NCBI GenBank assembly: GCA_012026655.1
Contig: JAAILG010001354.1
Span: forward strand, 1 to 64,000
Source of the DNA: Hydrolagus affinis
Lineage: Eukaryota
Direction of reading: 5' to 3'
Length of the DNA stretch: 64,000 nucleotides
How positions within the stretch are numbered: position 1 is the stretch's first letter; each line of letters begins with the position of its first letter. A program made the translations under genes and the position numbers. Of this stretch, positions 26,661 through 38,415 are shown piece after piece. The notes below the pieces were generated by a model. That model worked only from the letters and a program-made list of their open reading frames with translations. It was not told the DNA's origin and made no database searches.

Positions 26661-27571
26661 TTGTTGTGTCAAAGCATCTCTATCCCTCACCTAGAATTGG
26701 ATTATTCCTCACTATACAAGCTGAGGCATGTCCGAAACAATTCTGTTTCAATTCCAAATGTTTAAAGCCCAATAGATTAGCATCTTAGAACTGCGGTACC
26801 ATTATAAAACGGTAAAGGGAGGGTTTTGATTACAATCCCCAGGTGCACTTGGGCTAATTGTACAGGTATTCGGATTTTTAAATATTCAATGTTATTTTCA
26901 CATTCCCTTTATTCATTCTATTACTGCCACAGCTCTATGACTCTCCATTCACGCTCTCTTACTTCTCCTGGTCTTCCTCCCTCGATTCTCCCTCCAGTCT
27001 CTCACTGCATCTCCATTTGTCTCCATCCTGCTCCCAGTATTCATCTCCAATTGGCTCTTGGGACATCTTCCCAACTTGAAAGGCACTAACTCAATGCAAT
27101 TTGTTGCCATTGTTTGTGGTACTACTTCCACACTGACTCTGCTAGCAGTGTCATCCCTATCCTCCATCACCTCACTCTTTATGCTCTAAAACCCTGAAGG
27201 CAGTGGCCGACTGGCTCCCCAAAAGGGCTCAGGATTTTCAGGTAAAATGGAAGCACCAATTCAGCATAAAACCTCCAAGTGTTTAAAACTTTGTCGGGAC
27301 TTTAACAATAAGGAGGCATTGGGTGTCGGTTGGCTCTTCTGAGCTGCCAGATCTCGGGCTCTAGGGATTGTAAATATCAAGAATTAATCACCTATCACCT
27401 AAGGACACTCAAATTTCCCGATAGCCAGTTCATGTGAAGATTCAATCTCTCCTAGCAAAGAAGTAGATGATGTGAATTAAAATCCAAATAAAAAGTAGCC
27501 AATTATCTAATTTAAAAAGAAGGATGGTGGGCAGGGTGGAGAAGGGCAGGGGAGAGAGGATGGGGAACGGT

Positions 27572-27653
27572 GGCGACTCATGTGGAGTAAAACACAAGCC
27601 TGGAGACGTTAGGCTGAATGTTCTGTTTCCGTGCTTTAAAATTCTATATAATT
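27572..27653 (+). mobile_element. CR1 3' terminus
   Basis: actcatgtggagtaaaacac...ttaggctgaatgttctgtttccgtgctttaaaattctat; reverse-homologous to the fragment at 32934. Confidence 0.65.
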
Positions 27654-27673
27654 AAAATAAAGTACTATATAAC

Positions 27674-27838
27674 AATGCTTACATTTGATATAGCGCTTTT
27701 CACGTCTTCTAGACATCTCAAAGTGCTTCACAGAATATACTGTAAAGTGCATTGACTGTATATTTGTAGGTGAAACTTGGCAGCCAGTTACACATAGCAG
27801 TGTCTCACAAACAATCGCAGATTAAATAACCAAATTTT
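27674..27838 (-). mobile_element. SINE 3' half
   Basis: catttgatatagcgcttttcacgtcttctagacatctcaaagtgcttcacagaatatactgtaaagtg is the reverse complement of 49030-49110. Confidence 0.88.
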
Positions 27839-28481
27839 CTTTATAAAGTAAATGATCATCAGTTGAGAACAGGATTGAATGTTACAAGCACAAGTGGAGA
27901 CACAGAAGGTCAGATGCTGCAAGAGACTGGTTGCAGTGCTATTAGGACCATGAAAATCTCTACTGTTTCAATGTGATTAGACTAGGTGAATAACACAGAT
28001 TGTTTTGTTAAACTAACATGCTGGAGTTTTGCTCGATTACCTTCAGGGGTCAGGGAGATATTTTAACAGTTTCATCATCACAGAAATCTCACTGCCTCAG
28101 GAGATTAAATAAGATGGAAGACTTCATGGTACTGTATATCATTTGTTTTGACAAGCTTAATTTTGACAAAGCTGTGATACAGCTTGTTTATATTGTGACA
28201 AGTGTAATTGGCTACCTGGATTTATCCACCAACATCTTGAAGACCACAGAGGGCTGGGGTGAGAGAGACATTTGTGGTCAGTTACACTCTTGTGCTCTCC
28301 GTGCACATGATGCAATTGGGCGTTAAACTACAGTAACATCAATCCAAATGTTGGATCAGCTCTCACCACATTATGAAACTCTACTCAGAAGAGAATTTCT
28401 CCTGATGGCCTCACCAACAATTCCCCAAGTAAAATATTAGACATTCAGTTCAAAATATTCAGAATATTGCAGAAACTGTGC

Positions 28482-28610
28482 TTAGTTTGTGGGACAATTA
28501 GCTGCTACATTCACCCACAAATACACAGTCACTACACTTCACAGAAAAAGTGTTTTGCAACTTTTTGACGTGATATGCTGCTATGTCAGACACAAGCAAA
28601 GGATTATTTA
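28482..28610 (+). mobile_element. Degraded SINE 3' half
   Basis: gtttgtgggacaattagctgctacattcacccacaaatacacagtc...ggattattta. Confidence 0.6.
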
Positions 28611-28994
28611 TATTCTTACTTGGAATGTGTTATCGATATTTAATGATATCCCCAGATTTCTCTGAATAATTACTCTGATTTCTACTGGTGCCACTGACTG
28701 TCATTATGAATTCAAAATCTGTTTGAAGTCCTTTTAAGATATAATTTAATATGAATGATATTTAAACTGTGCTTAAAGATCAACAGAAAAATGTGATGTT
28801 ATTAAATGTTACTAATGAACAAGATGGTGCATTTATATTGGGGACTTGCTACATTAGGACAGGTTTGTCCTGTTCATCACTATATGTGGTGAATGTACAG
28901 TTGTATTTTTCATTTATAGCATAGAGCATAAAGATCTGACTGTCAGTCGATTAGCACAAACTGCTTTTTGAAGGGAGAGAAAAACACAGTTCTT

Positions 28995-29325
28995 CTCCAA
29001 TTGGCTCAGTGGGTAAATGCACCCTTTTCTGCATTGAGGTAGGAGATTCTAGCCAGGAAACCAGCAGTGGTGCTAGAATTGGCTTCAGCATCTTAGGGCC
29101 GGAGAGGGAGAAAATTGGCCTCAAGTAGCACTGCGGATCACTACACAGTAACCCCTGCTGGAGGTGTGCATGTATGGACACCTAGGTGAGCATTGGGCCA
29201 GGCTCGGCACTGATGGCTTCCATTAGTTAATAGCTTCCTGACTGCCCAGGCACACACATGAAGAATGGGCACTCAACTGGGGTCAGAAGAACAAATGGTC
29301 CCTGTGGAAATGTACTCCTACCTTT
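28995..29325 (+). mobile_element. Old tRNA-headed SINE of a third family
   Basis: A box tggctcagtgggtaa; body tgtatggacacctaggtgag...ggctcggcactgatg...cacacatgaagaatgg. A probable reverse copy lies at 43545-43760. Confidence 0.55.
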
Positions 29326-29739
29326 GGGTGATCTTGTTCCTGGTACTACAGTTTCAGCAGTGCTTATTTTCAACAGTAGATTATTAGGATCTAAACTATT
29401 CACAATATTATAAAGCTTTGGGTTAAAGTATAACACTTACTCTAGAGTCTAGGACTCAGATTAAATAATTAACAGATTAGTATTTGCAGTAGTGTGATGG
29501 GAGTAAGGACTGCAGAGATACACTTAAAAGAAATTACCCCTTATTATTGTGCACCTAACAGAACAAGCTCTGATATAAATAAAAAGGGAAGGCCAGTTTA
29601 TCTTCACAAAAACAATACACTCAACATGAGTCTGCAATTATGTGCAGTGGACTGCAACACACAATTGCAGAAAGTTATTTTTGTGACTGTTTTATATTGG
29701 AAGCTCAAGTGGTTGTAGTTTTATCCAACAGCAAAAACA

Positions 29740-30330
29740 AATCCTCCTGCAATTGTTACCAGGTAACGTGATGCTGTCTTTCAGGCACATCTAACAGATT
29801 TACTTTGCCCTAAGACTGTTAGATAAGTTCAAGGTCCAGGCATGCATTTAAATTTTATCTTGTCGCAGGTAACCTTACAGAGTATTAACAGCAATGTGGT
29901 TGCATAACATTTTGGGGGGATTTTATGAATAACTCAAAAGTAAAAGCACTACCTTTCTATGAAGGGCGTAATTGGTATGTATTGGGGATAACATATTAAT
30001 GCTGATGATAATTATGCTTACTTTACATATGCAAACCAGGTTAATTAGAAACTAGACTTTTGCCTGCAACTCTGTAAAAACAATTCCTATTTTTATCAAA
30101 CTTGGAACATACAATTAGTATTTGAATCTGGATAATATACTTATGAATTATGCAAATCAGGCATCATTTGCATATTAAAAATGTTAATTAGAGAATACAT
30201 GTTCTTTTGTAACTCAAAAAATCCGTAAATATGATATTTGGAAGCTATGCCATTATGCTATAAGAGATAACATATTAATTAGTTGCACTAATTGAATCAG
30301 ATTTACTTATGTAAATGATATCAGTTTGGA
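29740..30330. promoter_or_regulatory. Candidate intronic neural enhancer (RFX and POU/homeodomain sites)
   Basis: X-box GTTACCAGGTAAC at 29755; octamers ATGCAAAT at 30150 and ATTTGCAT at 30166; many TAAT cores; repeat-free. Conservation not testable here. Confidence 0.45.
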
Positions 30331-30479
30331 CAATGATTTCCTACAATCTCAAAACTGTATACAGTAGATATAAATCCATAAATAGTAGAAAGATGCTGGT
30401 GTAGTAAGCTAGGAGATTATAACACTGCATAATTCCTTTGTTTATAAACTACCTGGTATAAGGCATGCATATTTCTGCT

Positions 30480-30797
30480 TCTGAAAAAAATATGGTAGGA
30501 ATATGGCAGCCAATTTGCACAACGTATTGTCCCATAAACAGCTATGCAGCAAATGATCAATGTATCTGGGGAATTTTTGACAAGGGAACTGGGAGAAACT
30601 CCCTTCTTCTTTTCAATTCATGCCATAGGATCTTTGACGTCCAATACGAACAGATAAAAGAGACCTCAGGTTTTATCATTTTATATGAAAGACCAGCCGG
30701 TCAGGTGGACTGTCAATTCAAAAGTTCTGACGTGGTGTTTGAGCCTACAAACTATTAGCTCAAGAGGCGAGAGTACAACCACAGTGCCAGGCTGACA
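30480..30797 (-). mobile_element. Deu-domain SINE
   Basis: ggcagccaatttgcac...cccataaacagc...tgccataggatctttgacgtcc...aggcgagagt...gccaggctgaca. Confidence 0.75.
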
Positions 30798-31253
30798 ATG
30801 CTACTATTAGTTACTCAATTTAACATTTAACCTTTAAGCTTGACTCAGCGCTAACTTGCAACAAAGTGAAAATAAAAGTCAGTGGCATTCTGATCTCTTA
30901 TTTAGATATTTGAACATCTAATAAGTACATTGTAGCTCAGGTTACAATGTGTCTGTTGAAGAACTGACTTATTTCAAAGCTACATGTTTGACATACCCCT
31001 CAGGGCAAGCTACTTCAGAATGGATTTGTTATGTTTCTTGTAAAGCGGTGTTAAATTAAATCTTGGGCTCAACATCTCAATTACTTTTAGAACATATTAG
31101 ACGACTAGACAATAGTTTCAAATCACAACATTTTTAGGCCATTTAGCTTTGGTGCTCTGGAAATGAGAGAGTGCGTTTTTAACTGCACCGTCATCTTGAA
31201 CATTTGAACATAGCTTGAACATTTCAAACATAGTGTAAAAATCCTGCAGTTGA

Positions 31254-31350
31254 TAATCATAATAATCCTTGCATTTGATATCAGCGCCATTTCATGTCTT
31301 TGAGGCGTCTCAAATTATTTCACAGAATATACTGTAAAGTGAATTGGCTG
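31254..31350 (-). mobile_element. SINE 3' tail
   Basis: aataatccttgcatttgatatcagcgc...cacagaatatactgtaaagtgaattg. Confidence 0.85.
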
Positions 31351-32933
31351 CACTGTATATCTTTAGTGTATTTGGAAAGGTATGAGATTCGCTTGGAACT
31401 CTGGGCAGTGGACTCAGTAGATTTGCACAAGCACTAGAGCTTTGGCTATGCAATCAGTGAAATAAATGACTTACCCACAAGTTCAGGGTACCATAACATG
31501 GGAATCAAGACTATTCTCAATTGCACAGCTTTGAAATGTTATCTCGGGTTTTAAAGTAACTCTCATGTTAACTCTTGCCTTACTGAAATCAAATGCATTT
31601 TTAAGTTAAAAAAGTAATCCAAATAAGTAATTGATAGGCAAGTGCCAAATATGTTATAAGAAGTTGATGTTTAGCTTTGAAAACTGTTGCACTTGGAAGC
31701 TCATAGTTATGTCTGGTTGTGGGTGTTATGTTCTGTTTGTGGATCCTCAATCTCTCAAGTGGAGATGGGGGGGTAAGAGAGGTCACAGAAACAAGCACTG
31801 AGCAACTCTGTGGTTCAGCGATGAGAACCCTGCACCACAGAGACGTTCTCCTGTCCATTGGTGCCATTTTCACCTGTTCATTGATTTCCACTTCTTTTTA
31901 CTCCGCCAGCGAACAGCTGGATATAGCACTATTTCTGTGTGTGCCACATTCACACATCTTATTCCTAACTGTCTGAACGCAACTTTGACCCCACTTGTAT
32001 TCAGCCTGTGCCATGTGTTGCAAGACAAGCTCAGCTCGGAATTTAGGTTGGTAAAACAGCACAATCAAGCAACAATTGCTTCACTTGTGCCTTTGTGGCC
32101 CTCCATCCTAGAACTGATTTTCAACATCGGTATAATAATAATGAAAAGATGAGTTGTAAATGAATTCAATCATCCTGCACAGCCAAGCAGTGGAAAAGTA
32201 CAGCGAAGGTTTAAAATGACAAGTTGCAGAGTTAAAATTCGGGGATGGGGGGTGGTGGGGCGAAGAGCAATACAGGACTAAAAGGACTGACTTATTCACT
32301 TGGTAGGTTCACTGGAATGTTCATTTAATAACAAAAAAAAACCCTGGCCTCAAATTCAGTAATCAGACTAGCATTTCTGTGGCATGCACACAATATAGAC
32401 AGAGCCTCCTGCTGCGGTGTCCTAGCTTAGTGTTACTAGCTCCTCCTTATAACGCAGACTTCTCTTTGGGTTTAATTTCTATTTACTGTAATCTCATTAC
32501 ATTTTGTTAATAGTGCTTCTAAAATACATCCATGAATCATTTCAAATATTTTCCAATCTAATTCGCTTAATTCACCATATATTCGGACAGATGCAGCAGT
32601 GCCTTAAAATAACTTTTTTTTTGTCCATGGCTGCGGTACACTCGACCTTATTGTATTTTGAAGGCGCAGTGGATCTTTGCCCAGATTCTTCTATAAGAAT
32701 TCCCATTAGAAATCTCTGGGACTCACGGAATCTCTACCCGGGTGGTAGATCCCGTCAGAGAGAAATTTCTGTGGCTCAGCACTTCACACCTGCGGTTTCT
32801 GGAAGGTCTACCAATTTGTGAGGTTCACTTCCTTATCAATTAACTCTGTTAGAAACCCTGCACTTTAGCCCTCAGTGTCACATTAGAGCCATTTTCGACA
32901 ACTTTATTGAAAAACACATTTTATTACACAATT

Positions 32934-33020
32934 ACATAGAATATTACATTGCAGAAGCGGGCTTTAGCCTAACTAGTCCATGCTGGTGTTTCAATTCCAT
33001 GGCAGCCTTCACCTCTCCAA
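32934..33020 (-). mobile_element. CR1 3' terminus
   Basis: acatagaatattacattgcagaagcgggctttagcctaactagtccatgctggtgttt. Confidence 0.65.
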
Positions 33021-33227
33021 ACCTACTGAAAGGGTTTGAAAGAGCCCAATCTGTTTCCATTAGTAATGGAATCCATTCGATGTCTCTAGCACAGGATCAC
33101 AGCAACACAAGATCAATAGAAGATACAATGATATCTGCTCTCTGTAACAATTCCTCACCAAGTAGTGCTTTTGCATACTATTTCTCATAGCTTAAAAAAA
33201 ATTAACAATGGAAGCGTTCCTGTTCAT

Positions 33228-33320
33228 AAACTGGCTGTTGCATTGGCCTATAAAATACTTTGAGATGTACTTCCAATATGAAAGGCGCTACATAAAATGC
33301 AAGAATGATTATTATTATTG
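33228..33320 (+). mobile_element. SINE/L2-type 3' tail
   Basis: tactttgagatgt...tgaaaggcgctacataaaatgcaagaatgattattattatt. Confidence 0.65.
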
Positions 33321-33520
33321 TCACCATTTCCATGCAGCATCTTAAGGATTGATCAGAAAAGAAAAGGTGAAATGAAAACATTTAACTTTCCATGAGGGGA
33401 AGCTGTTAGTGTGAAGGAGTGTGGAAAACAAATGTCAAAAAAGTATGCAAATATGTGGCAGACAGCATTTTGATCAGTTGCATCTTACACTATAGGCATT
33501 TTGTTAACAGAACACTTAAC

Positions 33521-34060
33521 AACAACTTACAACAACAACTTCGATTTATATAGCCCCCTCCTCGCTGGACGGCGTCTCAGAGTGCTTCAAAGTAACAGGT
33601 CCCGGGACCGAGTCAGGGCCAAGGGTAGGAAGGTGACCAAATTGCACAGTCGAAGAGAAAGGTCTTTAGCTGTGACCTGAAACTGGGAAGAGAGGTGGGG
33701 GCGAGGCGAAGGGAGTGAGGAAGGGAGTTCCAGGGGGGTAGTAGCTGAAGGCACGGCCGCCGAGGGTGGAGCGGAGGATTCGGGGGAGGAGGAGGAGGCC
33801 AGACCCAGTGGAGCGAAGGCAGCGGGTGCTGGTTTGGGGAGAAAAGAGATCAGAGAGGTAGGTGGGTGCAGAGGAGTGGAGGGACTTGAAAACAAGGGTG
33901 AGGATCTTGAAGTTGATCCTCTCAGGGACTGGAGTAATGGGGGAGCGAAGCTTGATGCGGGTGAGTATGTGGGTGGCAGAGTTTTGAATGAGCTGGATTT
34001 TGTGGATTGTGGTGGCGGGGAGACCGGCGAGGAGAGCGTTGCAATAGTAACAGGGATCTA
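33521..34060 (-). mobile_element. L2 LINE 3' portion
   Basis: (CAA)n tail, G-rich plus strand, gctgaaggcacggccgccgagggtggagcg, gaggatcttgaagttgatc and ggcagagttttgaatgagctg; homologous to 39811-40352. Confidence 0.88.
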
Positions 34061-35833
34061 TGAATGTAAACCAGTTTCACCCTGAGCCTTGAGCCTCCAT
34101 TAATCGAAGCAACTATGCTCATTTGGAAGATTCTTCATACTATTCAATACTATTTCTTCATCTGCTGTATTCTCCCTTTCTTTCAGCTGCGCCAACTAAT
34201 GTGCATTCTAAGTAATAAATCCCAAATTAGACCACTATCCTGGCACTGGCCAGCAAATTTCATGGGTATTTAAACAGCAGCATTAAATACTGCATGCATC
34301 TCTGGAATGCATAGCCTGAGTTGCAGTGTTTTAACAAATTACTTAAGGTTTTTGAAAAAGAAAGAACTTCCTAAAGGATTTGCGTGACTGTGAAAGTAAT
34401 TCACTGAGTTGCTGTTTTTGCCATGTTCAAGCAGGAACTCAAATGAAATGGTACATCTCAACCTTGTACTTTGCCTTCGCTCTATGTTTTCCCTCATGTT
34501 GTGAATGTGTCACTCTGCAATGGACAAAGAGGTCTACCGATTTGCCATGATATTTTTTGTGGCTAGTTTTTCTGGGCAACTTATGTCAATAAGACCTGGT
34601 ATTTGCTATCAAACTCTCTCCCCCCAGGCCCCAGCAGCAGTGGTATTATTCTTACTAATGGCACTATTTTTATCAGTTAAATGAGATTGATGTTGGAATG
34701 AGCAATAATAATATTTTACAGAAGAAGTTGCCTTGTCTATAAGAGGGGTAGCAAGGAAGCCTTGTTGAATAAATAAATAATTTCTATACCACAAGACCAA
34801 GAAGGCCCGAGTTTAAAATATTCTGAACAAGTTGGATACGTTCTCTAGGTTTTGAGTTTTGACTGTTGATTGCTGAGCTGCTAAATGTCTTTTTCTACAT
34901 TAGAGAGCAAAATACTCTTGTGTTGTGTAAGGTACGGAATCTACTGCACCATACAGGGAATGCATCCTGCTGGTTGAATATCCAGTGCGGGTGATGTTAG
35001 TCACTGAGAAGTCCGCAGCCTAGTCTCTCTTAAGGCTCTTCGGTGAAATAAGAACCATGGTTGCAGAAATAATATGAGTTTGAACTCATCAAACAAAGGA
35101 AACAAATTACTATTTTTTTTAAAGGCTGTCTGGATCACTGCGACACATGGAAAAACAAATAATTGCAAATGATTCAATTCCAGATTAGATGATTTCTTTA
35201 CATATTAAGCAATAAACAAACACAAACACAAAACATCAGAAAGGGTATTCTCATTGCTCAAACCAGCACATTCATTCAACTCTCTCTCTCTCTGTTTTTT
35301 CTTCTCTCTCTATATACGTACTTATATGTGTACACACACACATAATTCTGATCTCTCACCATCTTGCATCAAGTAATAGGAAAAGCATCCACCAATTGGG
35401 TTCCACAGCAAACAGAATAGAAATCCGATATTTGGATTTAAAACAAATACACATAAAATCTATATTATGAATTATAAATGTTGCTCCTTGTAAATACACA
35501 AGAATTCAATATCCTTGAGATCAAATATAAATAGACGATATGAGCATTATTATGTTCAAAAGAAGACATGCAAATTGCTTGATTCTGTTATTATACTACT
35601 AATAATAATAATATATACTAATAATAATCGTTGTATTTGATTATCCTTATATTATTATTGGTGTAGTGTCTGGAGCATGTCTTCAAGAACTTCACAGGAT
35701 ATCCTGTGAAGTGTAGTGAATGTATAGATTGTAGCCAAATGTTCAGGATATGTGCAGTGATTCCAGCATCATGATATAATCATGGGTCTGAAGATTCTAT
35801 GCATGTCTTTTAAAATGTAAGCAATGGTCAATA

Positions 35834-35945
35834 AACAACAACAGCAAATTGCATTAATATAGCGCCTTTCACGTCAGGAGGATGGCCCAGGGTGCTGGAC
35901 AGTCAAAGGTTTGCCACCAAGCTGCAGAGTCGAGGTCAAGACAAA
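35834..35945 (-). mobile_element. L2 3' tail
   Basis: aacaacaacagcaaattgcattaatatagcgcctttcacgtcaggaggatggcccagggtgctg. Confidence 0.8.
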
Positions 35946-36188
35946 GGGTGTTTGAATGAATTTACAACTGACGGTGTTCAATGACTCTGTGTCAAGCGTT
36001 GACAGGTTTTGCACACAGCAAGGGCATTGTCAACTGGGGGGAAATGAAGCTTCAGTCTTTGGGGAGAAAACTTTAGCCACAGCTGTCTGGTCACAACTAT
36101 ATTTGCGATCAGACAGCTGTGGCTAATGTTTTCTGAAGGAGGGTTTGAAAAGTGAGCAATGAAAGCTACTTGGAAAGCAAAACGAATG

Positions 36189-36197
36189 TGTTACCTG
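36189..36197 (-). other. ZNF536: 5' splice donor of the ZNF536 coding exon
   Basis: CAG|GTAACA with GT at 36194-36193. Homology ends here and the ORF hits a stop 9 codons later. Confidence 0.9.
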
Positions 36198-38373
36198 AAG
36201 AAGATGGTGAGGACGGGTTTGGACTATCTTCCTGGGTACTTCCCATCATAGAGAAACCTCCGGCAGTCGTGTTGTCCTCAGTGACATTGGACGATCCTGG
36301 TGTCGTTGACCTACTGATTGACTGGGAATCCTGGTCGCTTCCAGATCCACGTCGTTCATCTAATGGACTCTGGAGGCCTTCATCACCAGGCTTCCTGCTC
36401 TTCTTGTGCACTCGGGAATGGACCACAACCTGATGGTAGGTTCGGAAGACTCTGCCACAGTCTGAGCATTCGGTTGGCTTTTCCTTCATAGTTCCGTGGT
36501 TTTGTCCCAATCCGGAAATTTTGTACTCCAGTCCTTGATTCATTCCTTGTGCCACGAATTCCCTGCTTCCCAATGAATCATCTTTACCTGAAACGTCAGT
36601 CAGGTTACTTCTCTTAGTGCTTCGAATCAAATCAGCCTCTGGTCTGGGCTTTGATTTATCTCCAGCTACAAAGACAAATTCTCCTTTCTCCTTATCAAAG
36701 ATGACACCTGCGTTTGCTAGAGCTTCTTCCTGACCAGGCTGCAGGTATTGCTTTTTTGGCAGGACAGCCTGCTCCACAGCCATTCCTCTCGTCACCAGCT
36801 GCCAGGCCTGGTAACTGTTTACTGGATCAAACTCTGCCACTCGGGCCACTGCCTGCAACCGTTCCATGCAGCTCGCCTTCAAGGGAGGCGCCAGGTTCAG
36901 ATACCCGAGCAAGGAACGCTTGTCACCCTCTGCCATGACACGGCCCGTGCTGCCCACTGGCATGATGAGCTTTCCGAGCATTTCTTTCTCCTTCCTTGCG
37001 ATTTCCCCTTTGTTATAATGCAGCTGGTTTTGTTCGCTTAAGCTCGCTTTGTCGGGAGACAGGAAACCGCTCTGTAAACACGATACATATGCAGAATAGA
37101 CGCTGGAGTTGGATTCCTGCACCATATCATTCAGAGTAACAGGCACCTCTCGGTTATTCTGGGATTTGTTCTTGACCGCTAGTTTGTTCAGATGCACCTT
37201 CATGTGGTTCTTCAAGAACCAGGGCTCCTTGAAGCGACGCCCACAGATCTGGCAGCAGTGCTCAAAGGAATCCTTGTGTTTTCGCATGTGACCCTTCAGG
37301 AACCAGGCCTGGCTGAAGACCTGGCCGCAGACTTCACAGCGAAACTCGTTGGCCAATTGCTCTCCGTTGCCACCGGACCCCTGGCCCTGGGCGGACTCGG
37401 CAGTGATGTGCGCTTTCTCCACGTGGCTAATCAGGTCTTCCTCCTGCGAGGCGGCGAATTCACAAAGGGTGCACTTGTAGGGTTTGTGGAGGATTCGGAT
37501 GTGACGGTCCAGCTCCTCGCGTTTCTTAAACTTCCCTTTGCAAAAGGTGCATCTGAATCCCATGGCGGCAGCAGTTGGCTCCTCCTGAGCGCCCGGCGGC
37601 TTGGGATTGGAAACCGCATTGGCCCCATCGGAACTGCCCTGACTGGCTGGCGAAGGCAAACTGGAGGAGCTCACGACAGCCTGCTGCTGCTTGCCGTCGG
37701 CCTTGGGCTGGCCCAGGCTACTTTTCAGCTGCTTGTCCCTCAGGATGGCCCTCTCTTCCAACTCATGCAGGAGCCTGTTCTCTTCCCTGACCCTCCCGCG
37801 GCCTTTCCCGAGATTGCCAAGTTTGTGAGTGCGGAGGTGGATCTTCAGGTTGCCTTTCTGAGCTGCCCTGTGATCGCAATAGGGGCATTTGAAGGGCTTC
37901 TCCCCCGTGTGGGTGCGCATGTGGAGAGACAAGATACTGTTGAAACGAAAGCGTTTGCCGCAAATGGGGCACGGGTACTTCCTGGATTTCTTCGCATCAT
38001 CTTCGGTGCCGTTCATCTGCGAAATGATGCCCAGATTCTGTCCGTTTAAGAAGTGCTGTAAGTCAACTCTCCCATTCATACCCAAGTTTGTGTCAATATC
38101 CGCATTCAGCTGATTTGCCAGCAAGGTCATTTGGCTGCTGATGGGTTGGCGTTTATCCTCCAGTGCTATTGCTGCTTTTTCCTCAGGGTTTTGCCTGGTC
38201 TGGAGCTCTGGGCAGGCATGTCCCAGTTGTGTTGTCAACTGATGCAGCTTCTGGCTTATTGGGTACTGGCCATTAAGTACCGGTTTGCTGACATTAAGTA
38301 CTGATTTGTTGAGCTGGGCATCAGGTTCAGGCACAGCTGAGGGTACACCAAGGCACAAACTTGCTTCCTCCAT
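36195..38373 (-). CDS. ZNF536: Zinc finger protein 536, first (large) coding exon: 726 codons + 1 nt, seven C2H2 fingers
   Basis: Translation starts MEEASLCLGV and contains KYPCPICGKRFRFNSILSLHMRTHTGEKPFKCPYCDHRAAQKGNLKIHLRTHKLGNLGKGRGRVREENRLLHELEERAILRDKQLK, which matches recalled ZNF536. It ends PSSPSSS at CAG|GTAACA. The 2179-nt phase-1 exon fits the recalled ~2.17 kb phase-1 human exon. Confidence 0.96.
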
Positions 38374-38415
38374 TCCTAATGTTAAATTTAAAAAAGCGGA
38401 GAAAAAAGAGAATAA
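38374..38415 (-). other. ZNF536: 3' splice acceptor of the ZNF536 coding exon (exon starts at 38375)
   Basis: Minus strand reads ttctctttttctccgcttttttaaatttaacattAG|GA ATG GAG: a pyrimidine tract with the AG two bases before the ATG. Confidence 0.88.

Noticed and set aside
29853-29873. Plus-strand ttttatcttgtcgcAG|GTAACC splice-like site
   Set aside because: Antisense to ZNF536 with no evidence of a plus-strand transcript; equally explained as an RFX half-site.
1-36188. Next ZNF536 coding exon (..[24 protein letters not shown])
   Set aside because: Not seen by eye or in the ORF track. It probably lies beyond position 1, though a short exon could have been missed.
36166-36194. C-terminal GNTFVLLSK* of the 754-aa ORF
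   Set aside because: Read-through past the splice donor into the intron.
37192-38049. 285-aa plus-strand ORF and other ORFs overlapping the exon
   Set aside because: Antisense shadows of a GC-rich coding exon with no recognisable domain.
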